64,000 bases of DNA from Chitinophagaceae bacterium (GTDB lineage: Bacteria; Bacteroidota; Bacteroidia; Chitinophagales; Chitinophagaceae): the NCBI GenBank assembly GCA_009885535.1, contig VFKL01000106.1, positions 83 through 64,082 of the forward strand, in the 5' to 3' direction. Every line of letters starts with the position of its first letter. The first letter of the stretch is position 1. The notes under the pieces are model-generated. The model was not told where the DNA came from. It did no database searches and saw only the letters and a list, made by a program, of their open reading frames with translations. Made by a program: the position numbers and the translations under genes. This document shows, one piece after another, positions 1 through 8,963 of the stretch.

Positions 1-31
1 ACCTCACAAACTTCACCTGATTTAATTAGAT

Positions 32-1168
32 TTGCACTCTATAAACCAACCAAGTATGAAATATAACCAATTTGTTGCCATGTGGGCTATAACTAGAGCC
101 AGTTTTCGGTCTATTACTAGAAATCCTTCTGCAGTTGTTTTCAGTTTTGTATTTCCATTTATTTTTATTTTAGTTTTTGGATTTATAGGAGAAAATGGGG
201 CAAAGCAATCTTATAAAATAGTGGTTGATAAAAATTCCGACACATCAAATGTGGTTTATAAAACTTTAATCCAAATGGAAGGGTTTAAAATTATTCGCTA
301 CAAAGATGAAACAAAAATGCAAATCGATTTAAATAAAGGAAGATTTGCAGGAATTGTAAAAATTGAAAAATCAGAGGCTAATGCCAAACAACCATTTCGT
401 TTAACATTAAAATCAACCTCATCAAGTAATGATCAATGGCCTCAAGCAAAATCAATGTTGGACGATATGCTGAATAAAATTAGCGACAAAATGTATGTAG
501 ATAGAAATAAATACACCTCTTTTGAATTTAATCCAATTACAGATGTAGCAAAAGTTAGAGCGTTTAAAACCATTGATTTTATCTTGCCTGGTCAACTAGG
601 ATTTTCATTGTTAAGTGCTGGTGTTTTTGGGGTGGCATTCATGTTCTACAATCTAAGAACTACAATGGTATTAAAACGTTTTTTTGCTACACCTATCCAA
701 CGCAGTTATATTATTTTAGGGGAGGGCTTGAGTAGGGTTATTTTTCAATTAATTACTGCAGTGGTAATTATTTTGGTAGGTTATTTTGCTTTTGGATTTA
801 CACTTATTCATGGCGTAGAAACATTTTTAAATATGATGATACTTAGTTTTATTGGGTTGGTTGTATTTATGGGATTTGGATTTGTGGTTAGCGGGATAGC
901 CACATCAGATAGCACCATTCCACCTTTTGCCAATTTAATAACATTGCCACAATTTTTACTAGGAGGTACATTTTTTTCAATTGATAACTTTCCCAAATGG
1001 CTGCAACCCATTTCTCAAGCACTGCCATTAACCCATATCAATGCTGCAATGCGTAAGATTGCATTCGAAGGTCAATCCTTATGGGATGTGAAATTTGAAA
1101 TTGGAATATTGATGATTTGGGGGATTATCGTTTATGCGCTAGCCGTAAAATTATTCAGATGGGAGTAA
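32..1168 (+). CDS. ABC-2 type transporter permease
   Basis: 378-aa ORF. It has one N-terminal helix, a large soluble loop and a cluster of hydrophobic helices in the C-terminal half, as in YadH/YhhJ-like ABC-2 permeases. The partner ATPase would lie upstream of the window. The start could be the second Met (MKYNQF). Confidence 0.7.
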   Translation: MHSINQPSMKYNQFVAMWAITRASFRSITRNPSAVVFSFVFPFIFILVFGFIGENGAKQSYKIVVDKNSDTSNVVYKTLIQMEGFKIIRYKDETKMQIDLNKGRFAGIVKIEKSEANAKQPFRLTLKSTSSSNDQWPQAKSMLDDMLNKISDKMYVDRNKYTSFEFNPITDVAKVRAFKTIDFILPGQLGFSLLSAGVFGVAFMFYNLRTTMVLKRFFATPIQRSYIILGEGLSRVIFQLITAVVIILVGYFAFGFTLIHGVETFLNMMILSFIGLVVFMGFGFVVSGIATSDSTIPPFANLITLPQFLLGGTFFSIDNFPKWLQPISQALPLTHINAAMRKIAFEGQSLWDVKFEIGILMIWGIIVYALAVKLFRWE

Positions 1169-1172
1169 TAAT

Positions 1173-1913
1173 TTAAGGGTTACTTACTTGTTTTAGATAA
1201 TCAGATTTCATACTCATTTGGCGCAATTTTAAAACGCCGAAAATACCTTCCTGAATAATGCCCTTGCTCATTTTACTAGCGCCAAGTTTTCTATCTGTAA
1301 AAGTGATAGGGACTTCTTTAACTTTAAATCCGAGTTTCCATGCGGTAAACTTCATATAAATTTGAAAAGCATAGCCGATAAATCGGATTGCATCTAAATT
1401 AATTTTTTCTAAAACAGATCTTTTATAACAAACGAAACCTGCAGTAGGGTCCATAATAGGCATCCAAGTAATAATTCTGGTGTACAGTGAAGCGCCTTTT
1501 GAAATGAAAATCCGATCGGCAGGCCAGTTCTTTAATGCACCACCTTTTATATACCTTGAGCCAACCGATACATCAGCGCCATCCAAACATGCTTGATGTA
1601 ACCGTATCAAATCAACAGGATTATGTGAAAAATCAGCATCCATCTCGAAAATAAATTGATACCCTTTTTGCAAACTCCATTTAAAACCATGAATGTAAGC
1701 GGTGCCTAAACCTAACTTACCTTTTCGTTCTTCTAAAAACAATTGACCAGGATATGTAGAAAAAAGACTTCTTACTATATTGCCTGTACCATCTGGAGAA
1801 CCGTCGTCGATAATTAGTACGTGATAATTTTGATGTAAATCTATAACCGCAGCAATAATTGCCTCGATGTTTTCTTTTTCGTTATAAGTCGGTATAATTA
1901 CAATTTTTTCCAA
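1173..1913 (-). CDS. GT2 polyprenol-phosphate mannosyltransferase (DPM1-like)
   Basis: 246 aa. Motifs 'IIPTYNEKENI', 'IIDDGSPDGT' and 'EMDADFSH' are typical of dolichyl/polyprenyl-phosphate mannose synthase-like family 2 glycosyltransferases. Confidence 0.8.
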   Translation of the reverse strand: MEKIVIIPTYNEKENIEAIIAAVIDLHQNYHVLIIDDGSPDGTGNIVRSLFSTYPGQLFLEERKGKLGLGTAYIHGFKWSLQKGYQFIFEMDADFSHNPVDLIRLHQACLDGADVSVGSRYIKGGALKNWPADRIFISKGASLYTRIITWMPIMDPTAGFVCYKRSVLEKINLDAIRFIGYAFQIYMKFTAWKLGFKVKEVPITFTDRKLGASKMSKGIIQEGIFGVLKLRQMSMKSDYLKQVSNP

Positions 1914-1986
1914 CGATTGAGTTTTGGTTGCTAAAATAACAAGATATTTTGAGCAATTTATTTTTAGTTAAAACTTTTCTTCTCTT

Positions 1987-2751
1987 TTATTTTAAAATAG
2001 AACGATTCATAATTTCAGTTAATTTTTGTTTGGTATGAAGTGGGAAATCTCCACGCATCATCCAATCATAATAATGTGGTTCACTTTTAAGGACATCACC
2101 AACAGATTTGCCTTTGTACTTTCCAAAATTAAATACTTCAACTCCTTTTTCATCAAAAGAAAAACGTCGAGCATAATCCACTATTTTTTCTTCACCAATT
2201 ACAGAAAGTATTGAATCTATGCTACTTCCAAGTTGATTGTAACGTTCTAATTGCGACATGAACACTTCAATTGTTGCGTTGATATCCACTTCTGCACTAT
2301 GTGCATTAATCAATTCTTTTTGACAATAAAATTTATAAGCAGCAGAAAGTGTACGAGGTTCCATAGAGTAAAATATATGTTGTACGTCAATCATTCTTCT
2401 GTTGCTCAAATCTACATCCATGCCTGCACGAAGAAATTCTTCCATTAGAATTGGAATATCAAATCGGTTGCTGTTGTATCCACCAAGATCACAATCTTGT
2501 AAAAATTGTTTGATTTCATTTCCAGCTTGTTTGAATGTTGGCGCATCTTTTACCATTTCATTGGATATACCATGAATATCGCTAGAAGCCATTGGAATTG
2601 GCATTTCGGGATTTAGTAATTTGCGTTTTACTTGTCTTGTTTGATCTGGTAAGATTTTTACAATAGCAATTTCTACAATTCTGTCGGTGGATAAATTTAC
2701 ACCAGTGGTTTCCAAATCAAGAAAGGCAATTGGGCGGATTAATGAAAGCAT
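1987..2751 (-). CDS. 3'-5' exonuclease, DnaQ/epsilon-like (DEDDh)
   Basis: 254 aa. Exo I 'FLDLETTG', Exo II 'YNSNRFDIPIL' and Exo III 'HSAEVDI' are present. Confidence 0.8.
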   Translation of the reverse strand: MLSLIRPIAFLDLETTGVNLSTDRIVEIAIVKILPDQTRQVKRKLLNPEMPIPMASSDIHGISNEMVKDAPTFKQAGNEIKQFLQDCDLGGYNSNRFDIPILMEEFLRAGMDVDLSNRRMIDVQHIFYSMEPRTLSAAYKFYCQKELINAHSAEVDINATIEVFMSQLERYNQLGSSIDSILSVIGEEKIVDYARRFSFDEKGVEVFNFGKYKGKSVGDVLKSEPHYYDWMMRGDFPLHTKQKLTEIMNRSILK

Positions 2752-2860
2752 ACATGGATATTAATGTGAATAAAAATTATTTATGTTCAAATGTAATAAA
2801 TAGAAATGAATTTCGTTCTTACAAATAAATCTTATATTTGACTTTGAAAAATCATACAAT

Positions 2861-2971
2861 ATGAAAAAAATCATTTTATTCGCTTTATTGTTATCTGTTT
2901 TCACAATTGCATTAACCTCATGTGGAAGCAGAAGAATCGGTTGTCCGGCACAACAAATGCTTTCTCGTTAA
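2861..2971 (+). CDS. small putative lipoprotein (36 aa), below the ORF-track cutoff
   Basis: Hand translation from ATG 2861 to TAA 2969-2971 gives MKKIILFALLLSVFTIALTSCGSRRIGCPAQQMLSR. It has a classic signal peptide and lipobox (L-T-S-C) and sits in an otherwise empty 230-nt gap upstream of ytxJ. Confidence 0.45.
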   Translation: MKKIILFALLLSVFTIALTSCGSRRIGCPAQQMLSR

Positions 2972-2980
2972 TTTATTTTT

Positions 2981-3310
2981 ATGAATTGGATTATATTAAA
3001 TGACCACAATCAATTACAACAATTGGTTGAGGCTTCGCATCACAAACCACAAGTAATATTCAAGCATAGCACTAGATGTTCGATAAGTATTATGGCTAAA
3101 AATAGACTTGAGAGAGTAACATTCCCAGATCAAATTCAATTTCATTATCTCGATTTACTTCAACACCGAGAAATTTCAAACAAAATAGCTGAGCAATTTG
3201 GTGTTTATCATCAATCCCCACAGGTATTGCTTATCAAAAATGGCGAATGTTTTTATGAAGAAACGCATTCTGCGATATCGATGGACGAGATAGTTGAACA
3301 GGCGATGTAA
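2981..3310 (+). CDS. ytxJ: bacillithiol-system monothiol thioredoxin-like protein YtxJ
   Basis: 109 aa. 'VIFKHSTRCSIS' is the single-Cys T-x-C-x-I-S motif of the YtxJ/DUF2847 family. The size also fits. Confidence 0.75.
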   Translation: MNWIILNDHNQLQQLVEASHHKPQVIFKHSTRCSISIMAKNRLERVTFPDQIQFHYLDLLQHREISNKIAEQFGVYHQSPQVLLIKNGECFYEETHSAISMDEIVEQAM

Positions 3311-3774
3311 GAGAGGTTTGAGATGTTTGAGACGTTTTTGAGGTTTAAGACGTTTAAGATGTTGAAGGGGTTGAATATTTTCAACCCTTACAAAAGGTTG
3401 GGGATTTTCGTCTGCCGATGTTGGTGTTTTCACCAATCATAAAAGGGAATGAGGTTTAAAACTTTCAAGTCGTTTAAGACGTTTAAGAGGTTGGAGTTCT
3501 TCGTCTGCCGATGTTGGTGTTCTCATCAATCATCAAAGAACTTCAACAGCTTCATGCATCAATATTCCTCCAAATGAATATACTTCCACCATTAAACCAT
3601 TAAACATTAAACCAGCGAAGCGAATTAAACCTACTAGTAACTAACATCTTGTATCTACCATCTATTAACCCACAATTGGAAAATACTTCCACCATTAAAC
3701 CAGTAAAGCGACTTAAACCTACGAAGTGCTTTAAACCAGCGCAGTGTTTTGGACCAGCGCAGCGAATAAACCTT
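3311..3774. repeat. structured intergenic repeat block between convergent genes
   Basis: The left part is built of degenerate 'gaggtttaag / gacgtttaag' units. The right part is built of the complementary 'cttaaacc / attaaacc' units. It contains the 66-nt element at 3364-3430 and a partial second copy at 3489-3533 ('ttcgtctgccgatgttggtgtt' occurs twice). ORFs 3176..3436 and 3600..3788 are translations of these repeats. Confidence 0.8.
3364..3430 (+). repeat. conserved ~66-nt hairpin-containing element, copy 1
   Basis: Sequence 'gaaggggttgaatattttcaacccttacaaaaggttggggattttcgtctgccgatgttggtgttt'. There is a perfect 8-bp stem, gggttgaa/ttcaaccc, at 3368-3387. A near-identical copy lies on the other strand at 11558-11623. 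Confidence 0.85.
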
Positions 3775-4476
3775 TTACTCCACCGCATCCAACTTATCCT
3801 TTTGATAATGCAGTTCTACTTTTTTTAATCCGCGTTTCCATAATGCGATTACCACAACAGTAAATGTTATCATTAATAGTATGACCAGTAATGGATTGTT
3901 TGCCGATTTTGATCCATACATCAAAGCAAAATCGTACAAGCCGTGTAGGATAGAAGGAACCAATAAGCATTTTATAATAAATTCAATTTTTTTAGGACCA
4001 TGGTGAAATTTTGCTAAAGAAAAATAATATCCCATCGCAACGGCAAAAAATCCATGCCCGGGAACCGCAAGCACAGCACGCATCATGGCTACGTTTAAGC
4101 CACCTTCATATACATACAATAAATTTTCAATCAACGCAAAACCCATCGACACAAAAACAGCGTAAATGATTCCATCAAAATGTTGATCGAAATCTTTATG
4201 TTTCCATATGATCCAATATAAAATAATCAACTTAGAAAGCTCTTCAGGGAAACCTGCTTGAAAAAATGCATCAAAAAATGAACTGGCGAAAGGTGAGGTA
4301 AATGATGCTCCCATAGGCTCAATGAGTTTTACAATGATTAAATCAATTATTACGGAAAGAAATCCACCAAAAAAACATTTCATCAACAACCCAAATGGCT
4401 CTTTGATACTGTCTTTATAATAAATTAAAAACATGAAAATAAGTACAGGCGTAATGGAGGAGATTAAAAATACCAT
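3775..4476 (-). CDS. prsW: PrsW-family intramembrane glutamic-type metalloprotease
   Basis: 233 aa and polytopic. The 'GFPEELSKL' (EExxK) and 'HGLYDF' motifs are characteristic of PrsW. Confidence 0.75.
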   Translation of the reverse strand: MVFLISSITPVLIFMFLIYYKDSIKEPFGLLMKCFFGGFLSVIIDLIIVKLIEPMGASFTSPFASSFFDAFFQAGFPEELSKLIILYWIIWKHKDFDQHFDGIIYAVFVSMGFALIENLLYVYEGGLNVAMMRAVLAVPGHGFFAVAMGYYFSLAKFHHGPKKIEFIIKCLLVPSILHGLYDFALMYGSKSANNPLLVILLMITFTVVVIALWKRGLKKVELHYQKDKLDAVE

Positions 4477-4723
4477 GAAAATTAATTTGAGTTAAGGTAT
4501 GAAAAATATATTGGTTATGAAATACCAAAACTTAGAACCATTATTAATACTGAAAAAAAATAAAAAGTTGATTTGTTTTTTTATAGAGATGTCAACATAG
4601 TTGTTTGTGAAATAAAACATTTATCGCTGAGAAAAAAGCGTATTAATACTGTTGTAATCATCTGATTTTTTTAAATCATAATTGACAAATTTGGCAGGTT
4701 GATTTTTAAGTAAAAACATATAA

Positions 4724-5857
4724 ATGAATTTTGAAAAATTAGTAGGCAATATTGAACAAACACATAAGCATTTTCAACAACAAGCTGCAAAAGCTGTGAA
4801 TGTATCCTTAACCATTCGAAATTGGTTGATAGGATTTTATATTGTAGAGTTTGAATTATTCGGAGAAGATCGCGCCATTTATGGACAAAAATTATTCGAT
4901 GAACTTGCATTACGACTTAAAAATATAAAAGGTATGGACCGACGATCTCTTTATCGGTTCAAAGATTTTTATAAACTTTACCCTTATATTTCTCAATATA
5001 TAGTTGAAAATAATATTTCATTGAGTATTTCTGAATTTAAGCGGATACTCACTTTTGACAAAAGAACCCCAAAATCTGAAACTTTAGAAAATGTGGGGAC
5101 GCCATCCCCACAATTGAAAAAACATGAAGTTTCTGCCCAAAATTTAGTCCTTAACCTTTCGTATAGTCATTTCGAATTGCTTTTGTCAATTGACGACAAT
5201 TTGAAACGCACATTTTACGAAATTGCCTGTATAAACGGTACTTGGTCGGTGAAGGAATTAAAGCGCCAAATAAATAGCCTTTATTTCGAACGTAGCGGAA
5301 TGAGTATAAAGCCGGAAAATCTTAATTTGATTATTAATACCCAAGCTGAAAAAATCAGTACTAATGATATTGTAAAATCGATGTATGTCTTCGAGTTTTT
5401 GGGATTAAAAGCCAAGGATGCTGTAGAAGAAAATGACCTAGAAACTGCGTTGCTCGATTATCTACAAGAATTTATGATAGAAATGGGACATGGCTTTTGT
5501 CTCGAAGCTCGGCAAAAGAAAATACTCATTGGGGAAGAATACTTTTTTATAGATCTTGTATTTTACCACCGCATTCTTAAATGTCATGTGTTATTTGATC
5601 TGAAAGTAGAAAATTTTAATCACCTAAACATTGGGCAGTTAAATACTTATGTAAATTATTACAAAGCCAAAGTAATGTTGCCAGACGATAATCCAACCAT
5701 AGGAATCCTCTTGGTTACCGATAAAAATAATGCATTGGTTGAATACGCCACCGCTGGTATGGACAATCAACTCTTTGTTTCAAAATATTTATTAGAGCTA
5801 CCTCAAAAAGAACAACTGGAAGCATTTATAAAAAACGAATTACAAAATTGGAAGTAA
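4724..5857 (+). CDS. YhcG-like PDDEXK nuclease (DUF1016 family)
   Basis: 377 aa. The C-terminal 'FFIDLVFYHRILKCHVLFDLKVENF' is a D...D-x-K PDDEXK core. The N-terminal helical region is like the DUF1016 N-domain. Confidence 0.7.
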   Translation: MNFEKLVGNIEQTHKHFQQQAAKAVNVSLTIRNWLIGFYIVEFELFGEDRAIYGQKLFDELALRLKNIKGMDRRSLYRFKDFYKLYPYISQYIVENNISLSISEFKRILTFDKRTPKSETLENVGTPSPQLKKHEVSAQNLVLNLSYSHFELLLSIDDNLKRTFYEIACINGTWSVKELKRQINSLYFERSGMSIKPENLNLIINTQAEKISTNDIVKSMYVFEFLGLKAKDAVEENDLETALLDYLQEFMIEMGHGFCLEARQKKILIGEEYFFIDLVFYHRILKCHVLFDLKVENFNHLNIGQLNTYVNYYKAKVMLPDDNPTIGILLVTDKNNALVEYATAGMDNQLFVSKYLLELPQKEQLEAFIKNELQNWK

Positions 5858-5983
5858 AAAAAATAATTGAAAATAATCGCTTACAATTTAATCCGTTTCA
5901 TTTTTGTAATCGTTCATTAATTGTCGTTGCAATTTGCTTTCAAATTTTGATTAGATTCGTTATGTCAACAAACTTAAACACCC

Positions 5984-6703
5984 ATGATCAAAAACGACAT
6001 TCAATTTCTCGATGGACCTCAAAGTCGTATTCAAGAATTTTTCTTTACCGTAAAAGTTCTTATTGAATTTATAAGGGGGTTTAGAAAACTGCATTTTGTT
6101 GGACCTTGCGTTACAATTTTCGGCTCCGCACGTTTTAATGAAAATCATCCTTACTATAAAAAAACAGAGAAGCTAGCTGAGGAAGTGGCTAAGTTGGGTT
6201 TTACAGTTATGACAGGTGGAGGCCCCGGCATAATGGAAGCGGCCAATAAAGGCGCAAGGCAAGTAGGCGGTAGGAGCGTGGGTTGTAATATTGTGCTTTC
6301 TTTCGAACAAAAAGAAAATGATTACTTAGATACATTTGTAAATATCAAATACTTTTTTGTACGAAAAACCTTACTTATAAAATACTCGTACGCTTTTATT
6401 GTAATGCCAGGTGGATTCGGTACTATGGATGAATACTTTGAAGCACTAACTTTGATACAAACACATATGCTTAAAGCATTTCCAATTATAGTTTTTGATA
6501 CCGAATATTATAAAGAATTGATTGAACATATTGATTTAATGAAAGTAAAAGGCACCATTTCTACAGAAGATTTATCGCTTTGCTTGTTTACCGATTCGGT
6601 TGAGGATGCCATTAATCACCTTAAAAAAAATGCCATCGAAAAATTTGATTTAAAATACAAAAAAGCTAGAAAACCATATTGGTGGTTGCTTGAAAAAAAA
6701 TAA
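5984..6703 (+). CDS. LOG-family (TIGR00730-type) Rossmann-fold nucleotide phosphoribohydrolase
   Basis: 239 aa. 'MTGGGPGIMEAANKGA' and 'PGGFGTMDEYFE' are the two LOG/lysine-decarboxylase-like signature motifs. Confidence 0.8.
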   Translation: MIKNDIQFLDGPQSRIQEFFFTVKVLIEFIRGFRKLHFVGPCVTIFGSARFNENHPYYKKTEKLAEEVAKLGFTVMTGGGPGIMEAANKGARQVGGRSVGCNIVLSFEQKENDYLDTFVNIKYFFVRKTLLIKYSYAFIVMPGGFGTMDEYFEALTLIQTHMLKAFPIIVFDTEYYKELIEHIDLMKVKGTISTEDLSLCLFTDSVEDAINHLKKNAIEKFDLKYKKARKPYWWLLEKK

Positions 6704-6753
6704 GCTCAAACATTTTTACTGCTATATTGTTAAATTAATAAACTATACTTTTT

Positions 6754-6918
6754 ATGAGCATAAAAAATCAATTGGCTGAATATCTATTTTTAAAAAAGAA
6801 AGATCCTAATGCCAAAAACACCCAATGGATGAAATACATGCATGGAATAAATCGGCTTTCTATTTTCCTTTTTATTTTTGCCATGATTGTTATTGTTGTA
6901 AAGTTGCTGATAAAATAA
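6754..6918 (+). CDS. small single-pass membrane protein (54 aa), below the ORF-track cutoff
   Basis: Hand translation from ATG 6754 to TAA 6916-6918 gives MSIKNQLAEYLFLKKKDPNAKNTQWMKYMHGINRLSIFLFIFAMIVIVVKLLIK. It has a basic N-terminal half and one C-terminal transmembrane helix, and it fills the gap between the LOG gene and lpxB. Confidence 0.4.
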   Translation: MSIKNQLAEYLFLKKKDPNAKNTQWMKYMHGINRLSIFLFIFAMIVIVVKLLIK

Positions 6919-6922
6919 CCAA

Positions 6923-8032
6923 CTATTTTAAAAAGTTGTAAATAATTGTTGCTGCATTATTGGAAGCATTCCCACCTGTTGCCAATAGCCTTTTTAGTGT
7001 GGCATAATCCTCAAAAATCTGATGCTGTTTTGAGGAATTTTCTAAAATAATCTTTAATTCAGATATGATGTTTTCGGTGGTTAAATCAGCTTGTATCAAT
7101 TCTCTCACTACGGGTTTATTCATGATTAAATTTACCAATCCTATGTATTTTATTTTGATAATCCGTTTTGCAATCTCATAAGAAATGGAGCTGCCTTTGT
7201 AACATATAATTTGAGGTACACCAAAAAGTGCCGTTTCTAACGTGGCGGTTCCGCTGGTAACCAAAGCTGCTTTCGCTTCGTAAAGCAAACTATACGTTTG
7301 ATTTTTTAAAGTGCTTACATTTTTCAAGTCTTTTAATAAACCAGTATAAAATGCGTCTTCAATTCCGGGTGCTTTGGCTACTATAAATTGATATTCAGGT
7401 AATTGTTTGGCTACCTCCAGCATAATCGGAAGTTTAATGTTGATTTCTTGTTTTCGGCTTCCAGGTAAGATGCCAATTACGGAACGATCTGCCCAGTTTT
7501 TTCTTGGAGATTCTTGATATTGGATAAAAGATTCGACCACTTCTACAAGTGGATGACCTACATAATCTACATTGTAATTCCATTTGTTATAAAATGCTGA
7601 TTCGAAGGGTAATATCACCAACATCTTATCAACACAGGATTTGATGGTTTTAATACGGCTTTCTTTCCATGCCCAAATTTGTGGAGAAATGTAATACACT
7701 ACTTTAATGCCTTTTGATTTAGCCCATTTTGCAATGCGCAAATTAAATCCAGGGTAATCAATCAATATCAATAGATCTGGGTTGAAATCTAAAATGTCTT
7801 TTTTACAAAATGAAATGTTTTTCAAAATCGTTCCAAGGTTTTTAATTACTTCAACAAAACCCATAAATGCCAAATCGCGATAATGCTTTATAATCTTAGC
7901 GCCTGCATCTTGCATCAAATCTCCTCCCCAAGCTCGCACTTCAATTTTATTATCCAATTGGCGTAATGAGTTAATTAAATTACTTCCATGTAAATCGCCA
8001 CTTGCTTCGCCTGCTATGATATAATATTTCAT
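6923..8032 (-). CDS. lpxB: lipid-A-disaccharide synthase
   Basis: 369 aa. The N-terminus 'MKYYIIAGEASGDLHGSNLI' and 'LPGSRKQEI' are LpxB hallmarks. Confidence 0.9.
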   Translation of the reverse strand: MKYYIIAGEASGDLHGSNLINSLRQLDNKIEVRAWGGDLMQDAGAKIIKHYRDLAFMGFVEVIKNLGTILKNISFCKKDILDFNPDLLILIDYPGFNLRIAKWAKSKGIKVVYYISPQIWAWKESRIKTIKSCVDKMLVILPFESAFYNKWNYNVDYVGHPLVEVVESFIQYQESPRKNWADRSVIGILPGSRKQEINIKLPIMLEVAKQLPEYQFIVAKAPGIEDAFYTGLLKDLKNVSTLKNQTYSLLYEAKAALVTSGTATLETALFGVPQIICYKGSSISYEIAKRIIKIKYIGLVNLIMNKPVVRELIQADLTTENIISELKIILENSSKQHQIFEDYATLKRLLATGGNASNNAATIIYNFLK

Positions 8033-8070
8033 TTTTTTAAATTAACTCAAAAGTATAAATAAAAACGGTT

Positions 8071-8200
8071 AAGAAGTTAAAGATGTTTGAGAGGTTGAAG
8101 GGGTTGGAGAGGTTTAAGAGGTTGAAGAGGTTTAAGTGGTTTGAGAGGTTTTAGAGGGTTGGTTCAAAAGGTTCAATGAGTTCAATGAGTTCAATGAGTT
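8071..8200. repeat. left arm of a composite inverted repeat
   Basis: Degenerate 'gaggtttaag/gaggttgaag' units are followed by 'ggttcaaaaggttcaatgag' and a 10-nt unit 'gttcaatgag' x3. It is approximately the reverse complement of 8811-8900. Confidence 0.8.
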
Positions 8201-8379
8201 AGCGCATTCTTAAGTTTATGATGTTCTATTTATTCAAAAGAATCAAAAAGACAAATTGGAAAATACTTCGAACCCTTAAACCAGCAAAGCGTTTTAAACC
8301 TTGCTTTTTTCACGCAAATCTCGCAAAGTAGAAAAGGCGCAAAGTTTTTATTCGCCCTTCGGGGAATAGTTTTTTTACA

Positions 8380-8800
8380 CGAAGACACAAAAACACGAAG
8401 AAAATCGATTTGATTGTCGCGTAGACGCGAAGGTTTTTGAAACACAAAGGCACAAAGACACGAAAACACGAAGAAAATCGATTTGACGGTCACGTAAACG
8501 CAAAGGTTTTTGAAACACGAACACAAAAACACGAAGAAAATCGATTTGACGGTCACGTAGACGCGAAGGTTTTTGAAACACAAAGACACGAAAACACGAA
8601 GAAAATCGATTTGACGGTCACGTAAACGCAAAGGTTTTTGAAACACGAACACAAAGACACGAAGAAAATCGATTTGACGGTCACGTAAACGCAAAGGTTT
8701 TTGAAACACGAACACAAAAACACTAAGAAAATCGATTTGATTGTCGCGTAGACGCGAAGGTTTTTGAAACACAAAGGCACAAAGACACGAAGAAGATAAT
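8380..8800. repeat. tandem repeat, six copies of a 63-73 bp unit
   Basis: The unit 'gaagaaaatcgatttgacggtcacgtaaacgcaaaggtttttgaaacacgaacacaaaaacac' starts at 8397, 8470, 8533, 8598, 8661 and 8724. The two outer copies share a variant core, 'gattgtcgcgtagacgcga'. Each unit carries a short palindrome (tgac-g-gtca or tcgcgt-ag-acgcga). Confidence 0.9.
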
Positions 8801-8810
8801 TTATGAAAAA

Positions 8811-8900
8811 ATACTTCCAACCTTTTGAACTCATTGAACGTATTGAACCTTTTGAACCACTCAAACTTCAAAAACCTCAAAAACCTCAAAAACCTCAAAA
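8811..8900. repeat. right arm of a composite inverted repeat
   Basis: Sequence 'ccttttgaactcattgaacgtattgaaccttttgaacc' plus 'aaaacctca' x3. It is the reverse complement of the motifs in the left arm at 8071-8200. Confidence 0.8.
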
Positions 8901-8963
8901 AATTATTATTTATTTGCCTAAATTGTTATCTGAAAATCCTCTCTTTCTTAACAATGCTTTTTT

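Noticed and set aside
3176-3788. ORFs 3176..3436 (minus) and 3600..3788 (minus) in the ytxJ-prsW gap.
   Set aside because: They are translations of short tandem 'ggtttaag'-type repeats. One overlaps the ytxJ 3' end. The peptides are low-complexity with no signal or domain features.
5848-6148. ORFs 5848..6066 (plus) and 5960..6148 (minus).
   Set aside because: They overlap the 5' end of the LOG-family gene and the YhcG stop region. They have no domain features, and the LOG ORF explains the coding signal.
8380-8800. Possible CRISPR array: regular ~63-73 bp periodicity with a small palindrome in each unit.
   Set aside because: The whole unit is repeated, including the would-be spacer portion, so there are no unique spacers. 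No cas genes are in the window, and the outer units are mirror variants. It is a tandem repeat, not CRISPR.
8230-8898. 222-aa ORF on the minus strand, plus nested ORFs 8375..8581, 8437..8625 and 8553..8864.
   Set aside because: The translation is a periodic peptide ('FVFVFQKPLRLRDRQIDFLRV' repeated) that simply mirrors the DNA tandem repeat. It has no start context and no recognisable domain. I treat it as non-coding.
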